NCBI GenBank assembly: GCA_023228705.1
Contig: JALOAS010000004.1
Location: 1,042-65,041 of the forward strand
Length of the DNA stretch: 64,000 nucleotides
Origin: Ottowia sp.
GTDB lineage: Bacteria; Pseudomonadota; Gammaproteobacteria; Burkholderiales; Burkholderiaceae_C
Direction: 5' to 3'
Under the pieces are notes generated by a model. It did not search any database and was not told where the DNA came from. It saw only the letters and a program-made list of their open reading frames with translations. The position numbers and the translations under genes are program-made. Numbering within the stretch: position 1 is the first letter of the stretch; each line of letters opens with the position of its first letter. Of this stretch, positions 17,398 to 26,456 are shown piece by piece.

Positions 17398-20300
17398 TCA
17401 ATGAAAGTCCCGGCTGGGCGAAAACGCAGCCAGGCGGCCAAGCAGCGGCGTGAGATCCTGGCAGTGCCGGGCAACGAGATGGCAGACGTGGCCGCCGGTG
17501 CTTGCGTCCTTTTGCCACAGCCCGTGCACCGCCAGCAGCCGCGCGCGCAGCATGGGCTGGCGCTCCTCGGCGGGCAGGCTGGCCCAGACGATGACGTTGA
17601 CCGGGCCGGTTTCATCTTCCAGCGTGACAAAGATGGTGCCCTTGGCCGTGCCGGGGCGCTGGCGGCCGACGACGAGACCGCAGGCGCGCACGAGGCGGCC
17701 ATGCGGAACCTGCGCGAGCTGGCGCGCGGTCTGCAGCTGCCACTGCGCCAGCCGGGGCCGCAGCAGCGCCAGCGGATGCCGGCGCAGGGTCAGGCCCAGC
17801 GCCGCGTAGTCGTGCAGCACGGCCTCGCCCTCGGGCGCGGGTGGCAGCGGCAGCGGTGCCTCCCGGAGCGGGGCGTCCTGCAGCAGGGCCGAGGTCTTCC
17901 GGGTGGCGGCACCCTGCCAGACTTGTTGCCGCCGGTGCCCGGCCAGGCTGTGCAGCGCGTCGCCGGCAGCCAGGCACTCCAGCGTGCGTGCATCGAGCGC
18001 GGCGCGGCGCGCCAGGTCATCGACATGGTCAAAGGGCTGCGCGGCCCGCGCCGCAGCAATGCGCCCGGCCGGCGCCTGCCCCAGTCCCTTGACCAGGCGC
18101 AGGCCCAGGCGCACGGCGGGCCGGTCCGTATCGGCAGGCTCCAGGGTGCAGTCCCAGTTGCTGGCGCTGACGTCGGGCGGGCGCACGATGACGCCGCGGC
18201 GGCGCGCGTCCTGCACCAGCTGCGCGGGCGCGTAAAAACCCATGGGCTGCGAATTGAGCAGCGCGGCCAGGTAGGCTTGCGGATGATGGCACTTGAGCCA
18301 GGCGCTTTCGTAGGCAATGAGGGCAAAGCTGTACGCGTGGCTCTCGGGGAAGCCGTAGTCGCCAAAGCCCTTGATCTGCTCGAACAGGCGTTCGGCAAAG
18401 CCGGTGTCGTAGCCCCGGGCCTGCATGCCCTGCAGCAGCTTGTCGCGGAACGGCTCCAGGCCGCCCCTTTTCTTCCAGGTGGCCATGGCACGGCGCAGGC
18501 GGTCGGCATCCAGGGCGCTGAAGCCGGCGGCGATCATGGACAGCTGCATGACCTGCTCCTGGAAGATGGGCACGCCCAGCGTACGCTCCAGCGCCTCGGC
18601 CAGGCGCGACGGTGCATCCGGCGTCTCATGGCGCGAGCGCTCGTAATGGATGGCCAGGCCGCGCCGGGCGCGCTCGCGCGCCTGCAGGTAAGGATGCACC
18701 ATGCCGCCGGCCACCGGCCCCGGCCGCACGATGGCCACCTGCACCACCAGGTCGTAGAAGGTGGTGGGCGCCAGCCGCGGCAGCATGCTCATTTGCGCCC
18801 GGCTCTCGATCTGGAACAGGCCGACGGTGTCGGCGCGGCGGATCATGGCGTAGGTGGCCGCATCTTCGGGCACGATGTCGGCGCGCGTGAGCGCCCGCCC
18901 GCGCCAGCCGGATGCCAGGTCCAGGCAGCGGCGGATGGCCGTGAGCATGCCCAGCGCCAGGATGTCGACCTTGAGCCAGCCCAGCGCCTCCAGGTCGTCC
19001 TTGTCCCACTGGATGACCTGGCGCCCGGCCATGGCCGCCGGCTCTATGGGCACCAGCTGCGTGAGCGGCGCCTGGCTGAGCACGAATCCGCCCACGTGCT
19101 GGCTGAGGTGGCGCGGCCGGCCGCGCAGCTGCTGCGCCAGCTCCAGCCACAGCGCCGTCTGCTGCGGCGTGATGCGGATGCCCAGGCGATCGGCCTGCTC
19201 CTGCACCTTCTGCCGCGCATCGCCGCCCTCGAAGCCCAGGTGGCCCCTGGCCACGGCGTCGATCAGCGGCGGCGGCACCTCCAGCGCCGCGCCCACGTCG
19301 CGCAGGGCGCTGCGCGTGCGATACGTGATGACCGTGGCCGCCAGCGCAGCGCGCGCGTGGCCGTACTTGCGGTAGATGTACTGGATGATTTCCTCGCGCC
19401 GCTCGTGCTCGAAGTCCACGTCTATGTCGGGCGGCTCGCCCTGCCGGGCCTTGCTGATGAAGCGCTCGAGCAGCGGGTGCGAAAAGCGCGGATCGGCCTC
19501 GGTGATGCCCAGGCAGTAGCAGACCACCGAGTTGGCGGCCGAGCCGCGCCCCTGGCACAGGATGCCCAGGCGCCGCGCCTCGCGCACGATGTCATGCACG
19601 GTGAGAAAGAACATCTCGTAGCGGCACTCGGCAATCAGCGCCAGCTCCCTGGCCAGGAATGCCCGGATGCGCGGCGGCACGCCGTCGGGAAAGCGCCAGG
19701 CGGCGCCTTCCTGCACCAGCCGCGCCAGCGTTTGCGCGGGCGTCAGCCCCGGCAGCAGGTTTTCCTGCGGATAGACGTAATGCAGCTGGCCCGGGTCGAA
19801 ATGGCAGCGTGCCGCAATATCGACGGCGGCAGCCAGCGCATCCGGCGGATAAACCTGCGCCAGCCGCTCAAGCGGGCGCAGATGGCGCTCGCCATGGGCC
19901 TGCAGCGCAAAGCCGCAGTCGGCCACGGGGCGGCGCAGCCGGATTGCCGTCATCACGTCCTGCAGGCGCTTGGCGCTGCGCACGTGCATGTGCACGTTGC
20001 CGGCCGCCACCAGCGGGCAGCCGCTGCCGGCCGAAGCCGCGCGCAGGTGCTGCAGCCACAGCACATCGTCCAGGCCGGCGTGCAGCTCGAGCAGCAGCGG
20101 AATCCGTGCCTGCAGCACGGGCTCGTCGACGGCGGCAAACGGCAGGCTGCCACGCTCGGGTGCCCACAGGCACTGGCAGCGTTGCAGCGCCGTCAGTGCC
20201 TCGTGCAGCGGCGGCAACGCGTAGCGGCCCTTGGGTGCGCCGCGCCGGCAGGCGCTGATGAAGGCGCACAAGTCGCCCCAGCCGGCCAGGTCGGGCGCCA

Positions 20301-20673
20301 GCGCCACCAGCGTGCCCTGCCCTTCAAAGCGGAATTCGCTGCCGCAGATAAGCTGCAGGGCGGTGCCCCGCTCGCGCCGCAGCTCGGCCAGCGCAGTCCA
20401 GGCACGAACGATGCCGGCCACCGAGCATTCATCGGTGATGGCCAGCGCGTCATAGCCCAGCGCGTCGGCACGGCGCAGCAGTTCGGCCGGGCTGGACGCG
20501 CCGCGCTGGAAGCTGAAGTGCGTGAGGCAGTGCAGCTCGGCATAGGCGGGTGCGCTGGACGCAGCAGCCCTTGCCGGCGCCACCGGCCCGGGCTGGCGAT
20601 GCAGCGGCAATTGCAGCAGCTTGCCGGGCCGCCCTTCCGACTGCGCCCGTGCCGCGCCTGACGCCTCAGGCAT
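17398..20673 (-). CDS. dnaE2: error-prone DNA polymerase III alpha-like subunit DnaE2 (ImuC)
   Basis: 1091 aa. PHP domain start is [17 protein letters not shown]. Position downstream of imuA-imuB. 8-nt overlap with the imuB stop. Confidence 0.92.
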   Translation of the reverse strand: MPEASGAARAQSEGRPGKLLQLPLHRQPGPVAPARAAASSAPAYAELHCLTHFSFQRGASSPAELLRRADALGYDALAITDECSVAGIVRAWTALAELRRERGTALQLICGSEFRFEGQGTLVALAPDLAGWGDLCAFISACRRGAPKGRYALPPLHEALTALQRCQCLWAPERGSLPFAAVDEPVLQARIPLLLELHAGLDDVLWLQHLRAASAGSGCPLVAAGNVHMHVRSAKRLQDVMTAIRLRRPVADCGFALQAHGERHLRPLERLAQVYPPDALAAAVDIAARCHFDPGQLHYVYPQENLLPGLTPAQTLARLVQEGAAWRFPDGVPPRIRAFLARELALIAECRYEMFFLTVHDIVREARRLGILCQGRGSAANSVVCYCLGITEADPRFSHPLLERFISKARQGEPPDIDVDFEHERREEIIQYIYRKYGHARAALAATVITYRTRSALRDVGAALEVPPPLIDAVARGHLGFEGGDARQKVQEQADRLGIRITPQQTALWLELAQQLRGRPRHLSQHVGGFVLSQAPLTQLVPIEPAAMAGRQVIQWDKDDLEALGWLKVDILALGMLTAIRRCLDLASGWRGRALTRADIVPEDAATYAMIRRADTVGLFQIESRAQMSMLPRLAPTTFYDLVVQVAIVRPGPVAGGMVHPYLQARERARRGLAIHYERSRHETPDAPSRLAEALERTLGVPIFQEQVMQLSMIAAGFSALDADRLRRAMATWKKRGGLEPFRDKLLQGMQARGYDTGFAERLFEQIKGFGDYGFPESHAYSFALIAYESAWLKCHHPQAYLAALLNSQPMGFYAPAQLVQDARRRGVIVRPPDVSASNWDCTLEPADTDRPAVRLGLRLVKGLGQAPAGRIAAARAAQPFDHVDDLARRAALDARTLECLAAGDALHSLAGHRRQQVWQGAATRKTSALLQDAPLREAPLPLPPAPEGEAVLHDYAALGLTLRRHPLALLRPRLAQWQLQTARQLAQVPHGRLVRACGLVVGRQRPGTAKGTIFVTLEDETGPVNVIVWASLPAEERQPMLRARLLAVHGLWQKDASTGGHVCHLVARHCQDLTPLLGRLAAFSPSRDFH

Positions 20674-22018
20674 AGACGCCCTGCACGAACCAGCGCGGCG
20701 CCGCGGCAGTGGCCTGCCCGGCGGCTGTCAGCCGCTCCCTGTACACCCACAACAGCGGGCCATCCGCGCATTGCGCCACGAAATAATCACGCGCGACAGG
20801 CGCTGGCGGCTGATGCGCCTTGGGCTGCAACGACGTCCACCAGCCGGTTTCCATGCGGTCTGGCCCCGCCAGCAACCGCAGCCGCTGGCCGCGGAAACAG
20901 GGCTCGCCATCCTGCTGCCGCAAGCGTTCTGGCGCCTGCAACAGCCAGAGTGGCGCCAACATGTCAACGTCCACCTGCGCCACCGGCGCCGGCTGCGGCA
21001 GGGCGGGCAAAGCGGGCACCCAATGCTGCCGCGCTTCGGGGCCGTACACGGCGTCCAGCACGGGCGCCACGGCGCAGCCGGCGCCCAGGCGCGCGTGGGC
21101 ACGCTCGACAAAGCGGTGCCAGGGCTCCCCCTCGGACGCCTCTTCGGGCAGCAGGCTGGATGTGGGTGGCAGCCAGGGCGCGGTCTCGAGCACGCGCAGG
21201 CGCAGGCTGCTGGCAGGCGCCAGCAGCTGGACGCGCGCCAACTGCTCCGCGAGCAAGCGCTCCAGGTGCACCATGGCCTGCACCGGTTGCGCCGTGCGCA
21301 CATCGGTTGCCTGCCAGGGCGGCAACGCCCGTCCGCCGGCCCGGAGCTGATCAAACTGCCACGCCAGCTCCAGCGCCAGCACGCCCTGCTGGCGTGCAAC
21401 CAGCCATTGCTGCAGCAAGCCCAGCAGGCGGCGTGCCGTCCACAGCAGCGCCGGCGCCGAATCGGCGCGTTGCGGCAACTGCAGCGTGCGCCTGAAGCGC
21501 TGCGGCAGCGCCTGCCAGCGGTAGCGGTCTGGCGCGCGGCCAAACGCCACGTCCAGCGCGTGCAGCAGCCCGACGCCAAAACGCCTGGCCAGCGCGCTGC
21601 GCGGCAGCGCGTCCAGATCACCCCAGTTGCGCAGGCCCAGCCGCTGCAAGACGGCCGCGTGCGGACGCGCGGCATCCAGCACGCGCCAGGGCAGGTTGGC
21701 CACGGCAAGCGCAGCCACCTCGGAGGGGCTGCGCCCTTGCTGGCGCAAGCGCAGCCGGGCCAGCGCCACCAGGCTGGTGGCCCCTTCGGCATGCTGCACG
21801 GGCGCGGCGCCCGGGCCAGTCTGGAGCAGGCGCTCGAGCAAGGCGCGGCGGCCGCCCCACAGCCGCATGCTGCCGGACACCTCCAGCAGCAGCGCCGGGC
21901 CTACCCAGGCCACGCGCGGCGTGAAGCGCAAGGCCCACCAGCTGCGGGCCTGGTGCAGCTCGGCAGGCTCGCCCTCAGCCGGCCATTGCAAAGCGATCCA
22001 GTGCATGGCCACCGGCAT
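20666..22018 (-). CDS. imuB: Y-family polymerase-like protein ImuB
   Basis: Start at MPVAMHWIALQW (ATG at 22018), preceded by ggaaagaggaggg. 450 aa. Lies between imuA and dnaE2. Confidence 0.85.
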   Translation of the reverse strand: MPVAMHWIALQWPAEGEPAELHQARSWWALRFTPRVAWVGPALLLEVSGSMRLWGGRRALLERLLQTGPGAAPVQHAEGATSLVALARLRLRQQGRSPSEVAALAVANLPWRVLDAARPHAAVLQRLGLRNWGDLDALPRSALARRFGVGLLHALDVAFGRAPDRYRWQALPQRFRRTLQLPQRADSAPALLWTARRLLGLLQQWLVARQQGVLALELAWQFDQLRAGGRALPPWQATDVRTAQPVQAMVHLERLLAEQLARVQLLAPASSLRLRVLETAPWLPPTSSLLPEEASEGEPWHRFVERAHARLGAGCAVAPVLDAVYGPEARQHWVPALPALPQPAPVAQVDVDMLAPLWLLQAPERLRQQDGEPCFRGQRLRLLAGPDRMETGWWTSLQPKAHQPPAPVARDYFVAQCADGPLLWVYRERLTAAGQATAAAPRWFVQGVYA

Positions 22019-22769
22019 GGTTCCCTCCTCTTTCCTGCGGAAACGCCAGCACGTTGGCGCCGGCACACCCTGGTGAGCCGGCGCTGGCATCCGCCTTGCT
22101 GTCCAGCAGGGCCTGCAGCGCCGCATTGTGGGCCGGCAGCCACAGCGGCTGCTCCAGCGGCGGGCCGCGACGCCTGAGAATGTCAACGCGCAGGCGGGGC
22201 ATCGCGCCATTCCCATGCAGCGACTCCCGGGCGCATTGCAACGCCAGCCGCAGCGGCGCGCAGGATGGCGCGGCCGCTGCCGGTCCGGTCGCATCAAGAA
22301 AGACAAACAACAGCAGCCGGCTGCGCCGCCTGGCCATGACGTGCAGCCGGCGCAAATGCGCCGTCCTGGCGCGTGGCAACCAGGCCAGGACAGCCGCCAC
22401 ATCGGCGCAACCGGCGGCCTGCCCGGCCAGCCAGGACGCATCGGCAGCGGATGCGCCGCGCAGCCACAGCAGGCGCGAGACGGGCAGGCCGGCCGCCACC
22501 AGCGCCGGCACGTGGGGCACAAAAGGCGGATCAAGCAGCGCCAGCACGCCCCCTTGCCGCGATGCGTGCGAGACCAGCGCCGGCAGCAGCAGGGACGACC
22601 AGGGCGCCCTGGCATCGGCGACCAGCAGCTCGATCAGCGCAGCCAGCGGCCAGCCACCGGCCGGCAGTTCGGCGTCCAGCAGTGCGTGGCCGCTGGCCAC
22701 CGTGGCACTGGTGGCTGGCGCCAGTTCGCTGGCGCGCCAGACGTTGGACAAGACAGGATGGGCAGGCAC
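21975..22769 (-). CDS. imuA: RecA/SulA-like cell-division-inhibitor-type protein ImuA
   Basis: 264 aa with VWRASELA...GHALLDAELPAGGWPLAALIELL, typical of the ImuA N-terminus. First gene after the SOS box. Confidence 0.75.
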   Translation of the reverse strand: MPAHPVLSNVWRASELAPATSATVASGHALLDAELPAGGWPLAALIELLVADARAPWSSLLLPALVSHASRQGGVLALLDPPFVPHVPALVAAGLPVSRLLWLRGASAADASWLAGQAAGCADVAAVLAWLPRARTAHLRRLHVMARRRSRLLLFVFLDATGPAAAAPSCAPLRLALQCARESLHGNGAMPRLRVDILRRRGPPLEQPLWLPAHNAALQALLDSKADASAGSPGCAGANVLAFPQERGGNHAGGHALDRFAMAG

Positions 22770-22782
22770 GAGAAACTCCAGA

Positions 22783-22802
22783 TACTGGTTGTTTATACAG
22801 TA
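22783..22802 (-). promoter_or_regulatory. LexA (SOS) box upstream of imuA
   Basis: TACTGGTTGTTTATACAGTA matches the beta/gamma-proteobacterial CTGT-N8-ACAG consensus with one mismatch (CTGG). Lies 14 nt upstream of the imuA ATG. Confidence 0.75.
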
Positions 22803-22873
22803 TTCTAGAAGATCCGGAGACTGGCTGGCAAGCTGGTCGCAAGCTGCTTCAGCAGGCCGGGGCCCAGGCGCGG

Positions 22874-24235
22874 TCAGCGCCTGTCTCTGGAGCTACGCTG
22901 GCGCAGCTTCCTGCCCCACCACCTGAGCAGCCCGTAGGACAGCTGCAGTTTTTCCTGCCCCACCGGCAGGTTGGGCGCGGCAACGATCCAGGTTGACTTG
23001 GAATATCCCAACTCCTGTGCCGGATAGACGCTGCGGTGGCCGATCATGAGGTAGGCGGCGGCGCAGGCCCCGGCCACGTACAGCAGCGAGCCGGCGCCAA
23101 AGAGCTCGACGCCCATGATCACGGCGGCCACCGGCGTGTTGGAGGCGGACGCGACCACGGCCACGAAACCCACGGCGGCGCCCTGCGCCGGCTGCAGCCC
23201 CAGCAGCGGCGCAAAGGCACCACCGGCCACGGCGCCGATGACGAATTGCGGCGTGACGATGCCGGCGTAGAAACCCGAGCCCAGCGTGATGGCCACGAGC
23301 AGAATCTTCCAGGCAAAGCCGAGATACGGCATGGTCTCACCCTGCAGCGCACGGTCCATGACGGGCAGGCTCAGGCCCAGGTAGTCGCTGGGCAGCACGG
23401 TCATGAGCGCAGCCAGGACCACGCCGCCCAGAAAGGGCAGCAGCGGGCACCACACGTGCAGCCGCTGGTGCAACCAGGCAAAAACCAGCCGCACCAGGCG
23501 AATGAGTTCGACAAACCAGGACGCCACCACCCCGCACAGGATGCCGATGGCCACCGTCTTCAGGAACAGCAGCGTGGTGAATTCAGCATAGAAAGGGATG
23601 ATGTAGCGCTCGTACGGCACGCCCAGCCTTTGGCTGACGACGTAGGCGGTGACGCCGGCGACGATGCCCGGGAACAGGAAGTCATGCCGGATGCGGCCTA
23701 TGGTCAGCATCTCCACGCCGTAGATGGCACCGGCAATGGGCGTGCCAAAGACGCTGGCAAAGCCGGCGCTGACGCCGCAGGCCACCAGGCGCTTGCGCAG
23801 CTCGGGGTTGAGCCGGAGCACCTGTCCCACCCCGGCTGCCACGCTGGCGCCTATGTGCGAGCACGGGCCTTCCTTGCCTGCCGAGCCGCCGCAGCCCAGC
23901 GTGATCAGCGCCGCCACCGGCTTGACCCAGAGCGTGGCCACGGGCATGCGCCCCTGCTGGGCGTTGACGGCAGCAATGGGTTCGTCGCTCAACTGGTCAC
24001 GGCCGCGCGGATAGGCGTAATGAAAAAGCAGGCCGTTGGCCAGGCCGCCCAGTGGCAGCAGGATGGCCAGCCACCACCAGGGCACGTCATAGACGCGGCC
24101 TTCGACGAGGAACAGCGCACGCAGGAAGACGCTGCAGAAGACGCCGACCAACGCCCCGGTGATCATGGCCAGGAACAGCCACTGCACGATGGTGGCCAGC
24201 ATGACCAGCGGCTCCAGGGGATTGAGACGACGCAT
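22874..24235 (-). CDS. ClC-family voltage-gated chloride channel / H+-Cl- antiporter
   Basis: 453 aa with the ClC signatures GGSAGKEGP and GVFGTPIAGAIYGVE. No RBS is visible before ATG 24235, so the start could be Met12 (24202). Confidence 0.85.
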   Translation of the reverse strand: MRRLNPLEPLVMLATIVQWLFLAMITGALVGVFCSVFLRALFLVEGRVYDVPWWWLAILLPLGGLANGLLFHYAYPRGRDQLSDEPIAAVNAQQGRMPVATLWVKPVAALITLGCGGSAGKEGPCSHIGASVAAGVGQVLRLNPELRKRLVACGVSAGFASVFGTPIAGAIYGVEMLTIGRIRHDFLFPGIVAGVTAYVVSQRLGVPYERYIIPFYAEFTTLLFLKTVAIGILCGVVASWFVELIRLVRLVFAWLHQRLHVWCPLLPFLGGVVLAALMTVLPSDYLGLSLPVMDRALQGETMPYLGFAWKILLVAITLGSGFYAGIVTPQFVIGAVAGGAFAPLLGLQPAQGAAVGFVAVVASASNTPVAAVIMGVELFGAGSLLYVAGACAAAYLMIGHRSVYPAQELGYSKSTWIVAAPNLPVGQEKLQLSYGLLRWWGRKLRQRSSRDRR

Positions 24236-24243
24236 GAAATTTC

Positions 24244-24480
24244 AACCTAGATTCAGCAGTTGGATGCGTTCGAGCGTGCTGCGATGGGCGTGCCAGGCAA
24301 GACGCGACAACGCGCAGACTACTGTCTGCAAGGCGGAGCAACGCAGCATGGCGCGTGCAGCGCTGTGCGATCGAGCGCATAGCGTGGCCACCAAAATGGT
24401 GTGCTTGTGCAAACTTGGCTTTTCCTTTGATCACAACAAGATATGCACACCAAGCAGCGTTCGACTGCTGAATCTAGGTT
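24244..24480. repeat. 17-nt motif AACCTAGATTCAGCAGT as a perfect inverted pair bounding a 237-bp segment
   Basis: 24244..24260 is the exact reverse complement of 24464..24480. Coordinates are anchored on the codons of ORFs 24159..24521 and 24443..24802. Related copies lie at 36930 and 37029. Confidence 0.75.
24280..24295 (-). promoter_or_regulatory. sigma54-like -24/-12 element (TGGCAC-N5-TCGCA), tentative
   Basis: Minus-strand ctGGCACgcccaTCGCAgc lies about 45-60 nt upstream of the ClC ATG. It has one mismatch to TGGCAC-N5-TTGCA. No activator gene is nearby. Confidence 0.2.
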
Positions 24481-24533
24481 CAACAGGTGCCGCGCTGGCG
24501 CGCAGCTTGCAGGCATTGTAGGAAGCTGCAGGT

Positions 24534-24565
24534 CATTTGTCCGTGCGTACATTTGTCCGTGCGTG
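24534..24565 (+). repeat. tandem 16-nt direct repeat catttgtccgtgcgt(a/g) x2
   Basis: Read directly from the sequence in the ClC/MFS divergent intergenic region. Confidence 0.8.
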
Positions 24566-24880
24566 GCGCCAGCTGCCGCCCTGCCCCGTTGCCATCATGG
24601 CCTTGAGCGCAGCTGTCTGGCAACACGTAGAATGAAAAGCTTTTGCTGCAAAGCAACACGCGGCTTGCCGCAGACTGGCCTTGCATCCGTTGCCGGCACC
24701 CTTTCTGCATGCTGGTGCGAAGGACCTGCAAGGGAAGACCGCACTTGCCAACCTGGGCGCGATGGGCACCGGTCCGGATCGCACGCCACCGGGCGCAACT
24801 GAAGCACAGTACATGCTGCCATGTTGCCAGCGCAACGACACACAGGCAAGACACGTGCGCCCGGGCAGCCGGGGCACACA

Positions 24881-26437
24881 ATGGCAAGAGCGGCAACACC
24901 CTGCTCCAACCTCACGACCCAGGTGAACAAGACCAACAACAATCCGCAGCCAGCACGTTCAGGGCAGGGACCGGCAGGCAGCACGGTGGTGCAGTCGGTG
25001 CTGGACGACCGCACGCGCTGGCGCATCCTGGCCGTGCTGCTGGTGACGATATTCATGTCGCTGGTCAACGTCAGCACGGTCAACGTCGGGCTGCCGACCA
25101 TACAGCACGGCCTGGGCGCGTCGCAATCGGACCTGCAGTGGGTGCTGTCCGGCTACGCGCTGACCTTTGGCGTCATCCTGGTCGCCGCGGGACGCGCCGG
25201 CGACATCCTGGGACGGGGCGGCTTCTTCATGATAGGCGTGGTCGTCTTCACGCTAGCGTCGCTGGCCTGCGGGCTGGCGCTGACGCCGCGCGCGCTCAAC
25301 GTGGCACGCTTTGTCCAGGGCGTGGGCTCGGGCCTCATCAGCCCGCAGGGCATAGGCATGATCCAGCAGTATTTCCGCGGCAGCGAGCGCGGACGTGCCT
25401 TTGGGTACTTTGGCAGCATGGTGGGTTTTTCCGTGGGCGTGGGACCGGTGCTGGGCGGCCTGCTGATCGAACTGGGCGGCCCGAATTTCGGCTGGCGGCT
25501 GGCGTTCCTGTTCAACGTGCCGGTGGGGCTGATCATCATGGTCATGACCTGGCAACTGTTTCCCAGGCCGCTGTTCAACCGCCACCCCAAGGGAACACCC
25601 TCGCCAGGCTGGAAGTCAACGCTGAAGCGGCTGGACCCGGTGGGCTCGACGCTGCTGGGGCTGGCGGTCTTTGCCGTGCTGTATCCGTTCATGGAATACA
25701 AGGCCTCGCCCTGGGTCTGGACGTTGCTGCCGGGGGGCGTGGCGCTGGCCGCGCTGTGGGTGCTGTGGGAGCGCCATTACCTGAAAACCGGCGGCAGTCC
25801 CATGGTCGACCTGAACATCTTCAAGACGCGCAGCTTCAGCAACGGCACGCTCATCATGTCGCTGTACTTCCTGGGCATGACCAGCATCTGGGTCATCATT
25901 GCCATGTACATGCAGGAAGGCTACGGCTACTCGGCGCTGGCTGCCGGCCTCATCGGCATCCCGGCGGCCGTCATCTCCGCGTACGCCGCGTACTGGGCCG
26001 GAGACCGCGTCGACGTCTACGGGCGCAAGATCGTCATTGCGGGCCTGATGACAGGCATTGCCGGGATGCTGCTGAGCATTGCCGTGGTGGTGCTGCAGCA
26101 AAGCCACGGCATCAGCATCTGGTGGCTGCTGCTGTCGCTGACGCTGGTCGGCGTGGCGCAGGGCTCGGTGATCAGCCCCAATCAGACGCTGACGCTGAGC
26201 GACGTGCCGCTGGCGTACGCCGGGAGCTCAGGCGCGGTGATGCAGACCGGCCAGCGCATAGGCACTTCGGTGGGCATTGCGCTCATCACGTCGGCGCTGT
26301 TTGCAACGCTGTCGCTGTCATCATCATGGCCGGTTGCCGTGATGGTGGCCTTTGGCCTCATCGCCTTTGTCTTTGCGCTGGCGCTGGTGATGGCGTTCAA
26401 GGACCTGGGGGATCGGGGTCGCCGGGCATCGACCTGA
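24881..26437 (+). CDS. MFS transporter, DHA2 (EmrB/QacA-like, 14-TMS) family
   Basis: Contains RWRILAVLLVTIFMSLVNVSTVNVGLPTIQHGL and multiple TM segments. The start was chosen at MARAATP (24881) and is uncertain. Confidence 0.82.
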   Translation: MARAATPCSNLTTQVNKTNNNPQPARSGQGPAGSTVVQSVLDDRTRWRILAVLLVTIFMSLVNVSTVNVGLPTIQHGLGASQSDLQWVLSGYALTFGVILVAAGRAGDILGRGGFFMIGVVVFTLASLACGLALTPRALNVARFVQGVGSGLISPQGIGMIQQYFRGSERGRAFGYFGSMVGFSVGVGPVLGGLLIELGGPNFGWRLAFLFNVPVGLIIMVMTWQLFPRPLFNRHPKGTPSPGWKSTLKRLDPVGSTLLGLAVFAVLYPFMEYKASPWVWTLLPGGVALAALWVLWERHYLKTGGSPMVDLNIFKTRSFSNGTLIMSLYFLGMTSIWVIIAMYMQEGYGYSALAAGLIGIPAAVISAYAAYWAGDRVDVYGRKIVIAGLMTGIAGMLLSIAVVVLQQSHGISIWWLLLSLTLVGVAQGSVISPNQTLTLSDVPLAYAGSSGAVMQTGQRIGTSVGIALITSALFATLSLSSSWPVAVMVAFGLIAFVFALALVMAFKDLGDRGRRAST

Positions 26438-26456
26438 TCGCGAGCCGTCACGGCGT

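Noticed and set aside
17293-20661. Very long ORFs antisense to real genes. Examples are 17293..20661 (1122 aa), 5310..7550, 33259..35667, 51469..53937, 60750..63464 and 3312..5264.
   Set aside because: They lie exactly opposite well-supported genes (dnaE2, the FUSC-family gene, dctM/MCD, nuoG/F, pnp, pckG). Their products are Arg/Ala/Gly/Pro/His-rich low-complexity strings with no motifs. Such open antisense frames are the expected by-product of about 70% GC with high GC3.
24236-24480. A fluoride (crcB-motif) riboswitch upstream of the ClC gene, as seen for ClC-F antiporters.
   Set aside because: The minus-strand leader lacks the conserved GATGG...CTGATGATGCC elements. The ClC protein itself cannot be assigned to the fluoride clade from what I can see.
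24534-24565. Short tandem repeats (here and at 30387..30414) as possible CRISPR or minisatellite arrays.
   Set aside because: There are only two units each, with no spacers and no cas genes, so they are not arrays.
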